A stretch of 64,000 nt of DNA from Candidatus Limnocylindrales bacterium (GTDB lineage Bacteria; Chloroflexota; Limnocylindria; Limnocylindrales; CSP1-4), in assembly GCA_046593725.1 (NCBI GenBank), contig JBKJQY010000088.1, positions 8,623-72,622 of the forward strand, in the 5' to 3' direction. The notes under the pieces were generated by a model. The model saw only the letters and a program-made list of their open reading frames with translations. It searched no databases and was not told where the DNA came from. How positions within the stretch are numbered: position 1 is the first letter of the stretch; every line of letters starts with the position of its first letter. The position numbers and the translations under genes were made by a program. Below, piece by piece: positions 58,456-64,000 of this stretch.

Positions 58456-59300
58456 GCGGTCGCCCAGCGGCCCGCCGCAGCTCGGTGCCGACCCGACGGT
58501 CACGTTCCGTCCGTCGTGCATCGGCTGGGTTGTCACGGGCGCGGGCTGGAGCCGCGCTCGCGGTGCTGCTGGCCGCGGGGGCGATCTATGGCGTGTGCTC
58601 CTCGTCGGCCTTCGATCTGACCACGGTCGACCTGACCGGGAGGACCTTCGCGGACCAGGGCGACATCCAGGCCGTCATCGACGGCGTCGAGGGCCACAAC
58701 CTGTTCACGCTCCAGACCGGGCCGCTTGAAGCCGCGTTGCGCGACTTGCCGACCATCCAGTCCGCCAGCGTCACGGTCAAGTTGCCGAACACCCTGGCGA
58801 TCGCGATCAAGGAGCGCGCCGCGGTCATGGTCTGGAAGGTCGGCGCGCGGCGTTACCTGGCTGGATCGGACGGGGAGCTGTTTGCCCGCGCCACGGACGC
58901 CGTTCCTGAAGCCGGCGCAGGGTTGCCCATCGTGGAAGACCGGCGGGCGTCGTCGGCGGGGCTGTACGTCGGGGCGCACCTCGACACGGTGGACCTGGAC
59001 GCAGCGACGCGGTTGGCGTCGCTCGTGCCGGCCGACGTGGGCAGTGGCGCCGAGCACCTGGTGGTGTGGGTGACCGACGAGAACGGCTTCATCGTGCGTG
59101 CCCGTCCTGCCAGCTGGACGGCCGTCTTCGGCTACTACACCGCGAGTCTCCGGACACCGGAGCTGATCCCCGGACAGGTCCGGCTCCTGCGCAGCCTGCT
59201 CTACGGCCGCGAGTCGCAGGTCGAGCGGGTCATCCTCGCGTCCGACACGGATGGGACGTACATCGCGGTCCCCACACCCGAGCCGAGCGCGTCGCCATGA
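58452..59300 (+). CDS. ftsQ: Cell division protein FtsQ/DivIB (POTRA domain)
   Basis: Basic N-terminus, TM AALAVLLAAGAIYGV, POTRA-like VDLTGRTFADQGDIQAVI...NLFTLQTGPLEAALRDLPTIQSASVTVKLPNTLAIAIKER. Confidence 0.85.
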   Translation: MSGRPAARRSSVPTRRSRSVRRASAGLSRARAGAALAVLLAAGAIYGVCSSSAFDLTTVDLTGRTFADQGDIQAVIDGVEGHNLFTLQTGPLEAALRDLPTIQSASVTVKLPNTLAIAIKERAAVMVWKVGARRYLAGSDGELFARATDAVPEAGAGLPIVEDRRASSAGLYVGAHLDTVDLDAATRLASLVPADVGSGAEHLVVWVTDENGFIVRARPASWTAVFGYYTASLRTPELIPGQVRLLRSLLYGRESQVERVILASDTDGTYIAVPTPEPSASP

Positions 59301-59418
59301 TCGTCGCTGTGGCCCGCGGGACGCGATCCTCCAGTCGCCGGATTGCGCGTCGGGTTGCCGCACCTGCGCGCGGTCGGGTAGCCTTGCCAAAACCTGTTGG
59401 AGCGAGGGTGACGTCGGC

Positions 59419-59742
59419 GTGCTGCTTCCCCTGCTCGGGCTCCTTGTCGGGGTCCTGGCGGGCCTTGTCCTCGATGTCAATGTCAGCTTCGAGCTCAGTC
59501 GCTACTCGGCGGTCGCCATCCTGGCGGCGCTGGACTCCGTCCTCGGGGCGGTCCGTGCCGAGTTGGACGGGGTCTACGACAATCGCATCTTCATCAGCGG
59601 GTTCCTGGTCAATGCCATCACGGCGGTCCTGCTCACCTTCATCGGGGATCGTCTCGGACTGGATCTGTACCTCGTAGCGCTGATCACATTCGGCCTTCGG
59701 ATCTTCAACAACGTGGCGCTCATCCGGCGTCACTTCCTCTAG
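59419..59742 (+). CDS. sbp: Small basic protein Sbp (DUF1290 family)
   Basis: (V)LLPLLGLLVGVLAGL..., YSAVAILAALDSVLGAVRAELDGVYDNRIFISGFLVNAI...LGLDLYLVALITFGLRIFNNVALIRR closely parallels B. subtilis Sbp (YlxX), which sits between divIB and ftsA. Confidence 0.8.
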   Translation: MLLPLLGLLVGVLAGLVLDVNVSFELSRYSAVAILAALDSVLGAVRAELDGVYDNRIFISGFLVNAITAVLLTFIGDRLGLDLYLVALITFGLRIFNNVALIRRHFL

Positions 59743-59772
59743 GACACGACACGGAACGGAGCAAGACAGCCG

Positions 59773-61005
59773 GTGGAACGAGAAGCGGTCCTCGTCGGCA
59801 TCGACGTCGGCACGAGCAAGGTCTGCGCCCTGATGGGCGAGGTCAGCCGCGACGGGCGCCTGACGATCATGGGCCACGGCACGGTCCCGGCCTCAGGCCT
59901 CAAGAAGGGCGTCGTCATCAACATCGACCAGACGGTCCGCTCCATCGCGGACGCGGTCGAGCGCGCCGAGCGCCTGTCCGGCTGGAAGATCGACCGGGCC
60001 TTCGTCGGGGTCGGCGGTCAGCATGTCGAAAGCCTGAACTCCACCGGCCAGGTGGCGGTGACCGCCCACCATCGCGAGGTGACCCGTGAGGACATCAACC
60101 GGGCCATCGATGTCGCGCGGGCGGTGTCCATCCCATCCAACCGCGAGGTCCTGCATGTCGAACGGCGCGGGTTCACTGTGGATGGGCAGGGGGGTGTCAA
60201 GGATCCGCTCGGGATGAGCGCTCTGCGTCTCGAGGTGGAGACGCACATCGTCACGGCGTCCGCAACGGCGGTCCAGAACCTCTCGAAGTGCGTCGGGGCT
60301 GCGGGCGTTAAGATCGACGAGCTGGTGGCCCACTCGCTGGCCGCCGCCGAGGCCGTCCTGTCCGACACGGAGAAGGAGCTTGGCGTCGCGGTCGCGGACA
60401 TCGGCGCCGGTACGATCGACCTCGCCTTGTTCCAGGATGGGTCACCGTTCCACACCCGGGTCTTGCCGGTCGGTGGCAGCAATGTCACAAACGACGTGGC
60501 GATCGGACTCAAGACCAGCATCCAGGTCGCCGAGGAACTGAAGGTCAACCACGGGACCTGCGACCTGCGCCAGGTGGCCGACGACGAGGAGATCGTCGTA
60601 TCCGTCCTGGGCGACGATGCCGGGCGGACCGTCAGCCGTCTGGAGGTCTGCCAGATCATCGAGGCGCGCATGCGCGAGACCTTCGAGCTGATCCGCAACG
60701 AGATGCACGCCGCGGGCGTCGGGATGCTGCCGGCGGGGATCGTGCTGACCGGTGGAGCGTCGCAGCTGGCGGGTGCCGCCGAACTCGGCCGGGCCGTGCT
60801 GGAGATGCCGGTCCGCGTCGCGGCGCCCGTCGGGATCGCTGGACTCGTCGACACGCTCCTGAACCCGAGCTACTCCACGGCCGTGGGACTGCTCCAGTGG
60901 GGCGCCATCAGCCTGACGTCGGGCGAGCCGCACCGCTACGAGTCCGCCCCCGCGATGGGCGGCCTGGGCCGATTGCGCGACGCGCTGCGGAGCATCTTCC
61001 CGTAG
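59773..61005 (+). CDS. ftsA: Cell division protein FtsA
   Basis: VGIDVGTSKVCALMG, actin-fold DIGAGTIDLALF, GGSNVTNDVAIGL, VLTGGASQLAG. Confidence 0.95.
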   Translation: MEREAVLVGIDVGTSKVCALMGEVSRDGRLTIMGHGTVPASGLKKGVVINIDQTVRSIADAVERAERLSGWKIDRAFVGVGGQHVESLNSTGQVAVTAHHREVTREDINRAIDVARAVSIPSNREVLHVERRGFTVDGQGGVKDPLGMSALRLEVETHIVTASATAVQNLSKCVGAAGVKIDELVAHSLAAAEAVLSDTEKELGVAVADIGAGTIDLALFQDGSPFHTRVLPVGGSNVTNDVAIGLKTSIQVAEELKVNHGTCDLRQVADDEEIVVSVLGDDAGRTVSRLEVCQIIEARMRETFELIRNEMHAAGVGMLPAGIVLTGGASQLAGAAELGRAVLEMPVRVAAPVGIAGLVDTLLNPSYSTAVGLLQWGAISLTSGEPHRYESAPAMGGLGRLRDALRSIFP

Positions 61006-61452
61006 GTCGTGACTGCGCAACGGGGCGCCGGGCGCACAAATGCGCACTGCCTCGGGGCGCCGGGCGCCAAATGTCACCCCAGGAGAGCGTTAGACGTCGG
61101 CAAGCACCCGTTCAGGAACCGCTCGCCGGCCGTCCAAGCGTGGCCCGAGCCCGACCCGGCGGATCCATACCCGACAACGTCCCCGGACCCCGCCTAACGC
61201 TACCCCCGCTTTCGTATGACGCAGACTCGCCGCCGGAGGCCGCCGGACGCCGCCCGGCTCGCCGCTCCCCCCGGTGCGCCGCGGCACCACCGGTTCGGAC
61301 GGCCCTCGCGTCTGCCCCATACCCGTCCGGACGCCCCGGCGCTATACTCGCCCGAACCGAGCGGGCCAGCGTGCGCACCCCATCACGTGGGTCCGTTCCC
61401 AATCGACCGAGACAGGTTCCACATGACCCCAGGGTCACCGGAGGAGAGGCCG

Positions 61453-62685
61453 ATGCCGCTGCGTTCCGATTCCGAGAACTTCGCGCTGATCCGCGTCATC
61501 GGAGTGGGTGGTGGCGGCAGTAATGCCGTCAACCGGATGATCCGGGCGGAGATGATGGGCGTCGAGTTCATCGCCTGCAACACGGATTCGCAGGCCCTCC
61601 TCCAGGCGGACGCGCCGCACAAGATCCGCATCGGCGACAAGGTCACCCGCGGACTGGGTGCAGGCGGCGACTCGGGCATCGGGCAGCGCTCGGCGGAAGA
61701 GGACTCGGAGAAGATCGCCCAGGCACTTGAAGGCTCGGACATGGTCTTCATCACGGCCGGTCTCGGTGGTGGCACCGGGTCGGGGGCCGCTCCGGTCGTC
61801 GCGCAGATCGCCAAGGAAGGCGGCGCCCTCACGATCGCGGTCGTGACCAAGCCGTTCGCGTTCGAAGGCAACAAGCGCAAGCTGATCGCGGAGAAGGCGG
61901 CCGAGGAGCTCAAGGCCCAGGTCGACACGCTGATCACGATCCCCAACGACCGCCTCAAGGACGTCGTCCAGAAGAACACCAGCATCATCGATGCCTTCCG
62001 TGTCGTGGACGATGTGCTTCGCCAGGGCGTCCAGGGCATCAGCGACATCATCACGATGCCGGGTCTCATCAACCTGGACTTCGCCGACGTCCGCGCGATC
62101 ATGAAGGACGCCGGCTCGGCGCTCATGGGCATCGGCCGGGCGAGCGGCGAGAACCGCGCCGTGGAGGCCGCCCGTCAGGCGATCGCCAGCCCGCTGCTCG
62201 AAGTCGATATCGCCGGCGCGCAAGGCATCCTGTTCAACATCACCGGCTCGTCCAACCTGAGCCTGTACGAGGTGACCGAGGCCGCCGAGGAGATCCGCGC
62301 GGCTGCGGATCCGGAGGCCAACATCATCTTCGGGACGAGCTTCAACGAGCGGCTCGGCGACGAGGTGATGATCACCGTCATCGCGACCGGCTTCGACGGT
62401 GGCCGCAAGCGCCAGTCGAGCAATCGCGAGGCGACCGGCGTCATGGACTCCGCCGGCTCGTTGCGAGCGCCGCGCGAGCGCGACTTCCTCGATGAGCTCC
62501 AGCGCCAGCGCGACGAGTCCGCCGACGGCCCGTCCTACGGAACGTCCACGCGCGGCGACGATGAGATCGCAGCGCTCGTGAGTGCGCCGACGAGGTCGGT
62601 CGGGGAGCCGGCACCGGCAAAGCGTGCGGCGACGACGTACGACGCGGACGACCTGGAGATCCCCAGCTTCCTCCGCCGCAAGTAG
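61453..62685 (+). CDS. ftsZ: Cell division GTPase FtsZ
   Basis: [17 protein letters not shown], tubulin signature [21 protein letters not shown]-terminal peptide [15 protein letters not shown] 61453 follows GGAGGAGAGG; the upstream part of ORF 61216.. is Pro/Arg junk. Confidence 0.97.
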   Translation: MPLRSDSENFALIRVIGVGGGGSNAVNRMIRAEMMGVEFIACNTDSQALLQADAPHKIRIGDKVTRGLGAGGDSGIGQRSAEEDSEKIAQALEGSDMVFITAGLGGGTGSGAAPVVAQIAKEGGALTIAVVTKPFAFEGNKRKLIAEKAAEELKAQVDTLITIPNDRLKDVVQKNTSIIDAFRVVDDVLRQGVQGISDIITMPGLINLDFADVRAIMKDAGSALMGIGRASGENRAVEAARQAIASPLLEVDIAGAQGILFNITGSSNLSLYEVTEAAEEIRAAADPEANIIFGTSFNERLGDEVMITVIATGFDGGRKRQSSNREATGVMDSAGSLRAPRERDFLDELQRQRDESADGPSYGTSTRGDDEIAALVSAPTRSVGEPAPAKRAATTYDADDLEIPSFLRRK

Positions 62686-62715
62686 CCGTCCGGTGGCGAT
62701 CCCACCGGTCCGCAC

Positions 62716-63438
62716 GTGATGGATCCGCTCGACGTCGCCTCGTTCGACGCCTCCCGCGCGCGCGTCGTTGCCGACATCGCCGAGGCGTGTGCGCGCATCG
62801 GTCGCGACCCGGCCGAGGTCACCCTGGTTGCGGTCTCCAAGACCGTCACCGCTGAACGGCTCAGGGCTGCCGTCGCCGCCGGCCTCACGACCCTGGGTGA
62901 GAACCGGGTCCAGGAGGCCGTCGACAAGGTCCCGCTCCTGCCCGGCGTCACGTGGCACCTCGTCGGGCCGCTCCAGTCGAACAAGGCCAGGCGCGCTATC
63001 GAACTGTTCGATGTCATCCAGTCGGTGGACTCGGTGGGGCTGGCCCAGCACCTGGATCGCCTCGTCGGCGAGGTCCGGCCGGGTGCTCGGCTGACGGTCC
63101 TGCTCCAGGTGAACGTCGACGACGACCCGGCCAAGGCCGGCTTCGATGTCCGGGAGTTGCCGGCGGCCCTCGAAGCACTCGCGGAGTGCCCCGACCTGGA
63201 CGTCCGCGGCCTGATGACGATCGGGCGGCTCGTCGGGACGCCGGAGGAGGCTCGCGCCACGTTCCGGGGCCTGCGCGAAGTCTCGGAACGCCTGCGCGCT
63301 GACGGCCACGCGCTCGGTCCGGACCTGTCGATGGGCATGAGCGACGACTATCCCGTCGCCGTCGAGGAAGGCGCCACCATCGTCCGCGTGGGCCGTGCCC
63401 TGTTCGGCGAACGCCGGCCGATCGTGTCGGGGGGCTGA
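62716..63438 (+). CDS. yggS: YggS-family pyridoxal-phosphate homeostasis protein
   Basis: LVAVSKTV (PLP Lys), GENRVQE, WHLVGPLQSNK, MGMSDDYPVAVEEGATIVRVG. Confidence 0.92.
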   Translation: MMDPLDVASFDASRARVVADIAEACARIGRDPAEVTLVAVSKTVTAERLRAAVAAGLTTLGENRVQEAVDKVPLLPGVTWHLVGPLQSNKARRAIELFDVIQSVDSVGLAQHLDRLVGEVRPGARLTVLLQVNVDDDPAKAGFDVRELPAALEALAECPDLDVRGLMTIGRLVGTPEEARATFRGLREVSERLRADGHALGPDLSMGMSDDYPVAVEEGATIVRVGRALFGERRPIVSGG

Positions 63439-63652
63439 ATGGCTGAGGTCCGGTTCGCGGTCCGGGTGACGCCGCGTGCAAACCGGGACGGTATCGACGA
63501 GGTCGTGGATGGCGGCCTGCGCCCGGGACCTGGGCGTGTCCCTGAGCGCCGTCCGGCTGGTCAGCGGCGACTCCTCGCGGCACAAGGTCATCGCCGTCGA
63601 GGGCGCCAGGTCGGAGTCGATCGTTGCCCACTGGCCCGGGCTGCGGGTATGA
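63439..63652 (+). pseudogene. DUF167/YggU-family gene disrupted by an internal deletion and frameshift
   Basis: Frame 1: MAEVRFAVRVTPRANRDGIDEVVDGGLR (typical YggU N-terminus). From 63521, frame 2: ARDLGVSLSAVRLVSGDSSRHKVIAVEGARSESIVAHWPGLRV* (typical C-terminus). The central APP..G.AN segment is missing. The frame-1 ORF runs on into tRNA-Val. Confidence 0.6.
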
Positions 63653-63694
63653 TCAGCGCCGCATCCGATGCCCCACTGCGGCGTCGCGATCCTG

Positions 63695-63771
<77 letters not shown>

Positions 63772-63862
63772 CACCCACCACCTCGCCGGTCACGACCCTG
63801 TCACATCCCACCCGTATGGTTGGCATGGGTGCCGATGCGCCCGGATGCAAGGAGCGAGACCC

Positions 63863-64000
63863 ATGGACGAGACACCGACCGCGGCGAAGGCCGCCCGGAC
63901 CGATGACGAGTGGCGCGCGGCATTGACCCCGGAGCAGTACCGGGTGCTGCGCAAGAAGGGGACCGAGCGAGCCTTCACCGGCGCCCTCTGGGATGAGCAT
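63863..64000 (+). CDS. msrB: Peptide-methionine (R)-S-oxide reductase MsrB (3' end outside window)
   Basis: ATG after [39 protein letters not shown] is the conserved MsrB N-terminal region. Confidence 0.85.
   Translation, partial: MDETPTAAKAARTDDEWRAALTPEQYRVLRKKGTERAFTGALWDEH

Noticed and set aside
62690-62708. Hairpin CCGGTGG-CGATC-CCACCGG after ftsZ as an intrinsic terminator
   Set aside because: The stem is only 7 bp and no U-tract follows. The yggS GTG is 8 nt downstream, so read-through is likely. Evidence is insufficient to annotate it.
61435-63591. 718-aa ORF on the minus strand
   Set aside because: It is antisense to ftsZ and yggS, both of which carry unmistakable motifs. Its composition is Arg/Asp/Gly/Leu-rich, as expected for the mirror frame of a high-GC gene. 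No motif recognised.

Overview
Very GC-rich bacterial chromosomal window, densely coding and mostly core genome. Gene content looks like a Terrabacteria lineage (Actinomycetota- or Chloroflexota-like): ftsA and a Firmicutes-type sbp are present, and there is a possible leaderless promoter.

Left to right:
- Small-molecule and redox genes: nucleoside hydrolase, META lipoprotein, deazaflavin-type oxidoreductase, Rieske oxygenase with a divergent TetR.
- A decayed Hen1/Pnkp RNA-repair cassette.
- The dnaG-rpoD operon.
- A repeat-filled gap, an XRE-HTH protein, a rhodanese and tRNA-Asn.
- An orphan CpaF-like secretion ATPase fused in frame to a RidA domain.
- Two PadR modules, one led by a SodC-like protein.
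- An envelope-stress block: LemA, PspC and a toastrack-like membrane protein.
- HAD, PlsC and UbiA genes, then parB-parA.
- A methylmalonyl-pathway and TCA supercluster: carboxyltransferase, biotin carboxylase, BCCP, a split methylmalonyl-CoA mutase large subunit, epimerase, sucCD, and IDH with sdhCDAB.
- rnhA, RNase P RNA, and a LysM protein.
- A complete division/cell-wall cluster: mraZ, rsmH, a small ORF, ftsL, ftsI, murF, mraY, murD, ftsW, murG, murB, ddl, ftsQ, sbp, ftsA, ftsZ.
- yggS, a broken yggU, tRNA-Val, and the start of msrB.

No CRISPR array, transposase, integrase or recognised defence system was seen.

Most interesting items:
- The CpaF-RidA fusion with no Tad partner genes.
- The Hen1/Pnkp remnant.
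- Several clusters of palindromic or direct repeats in intergenic gaps: downstream of rpoD, upstream of dnaG, in front of the two carboxylase genes, upstream of mraZ, and between ftsA and ftsZ.
- A strongly Shine-Dalgarno-led 65-aa Arg-rich ORF inserted between rsmH and ftsL.
- Two genes whose conserved N-termini lie upstream of any canonical start codon.

All functional calls come from reading the translated ORFs and motifs by eye. No database search was run.
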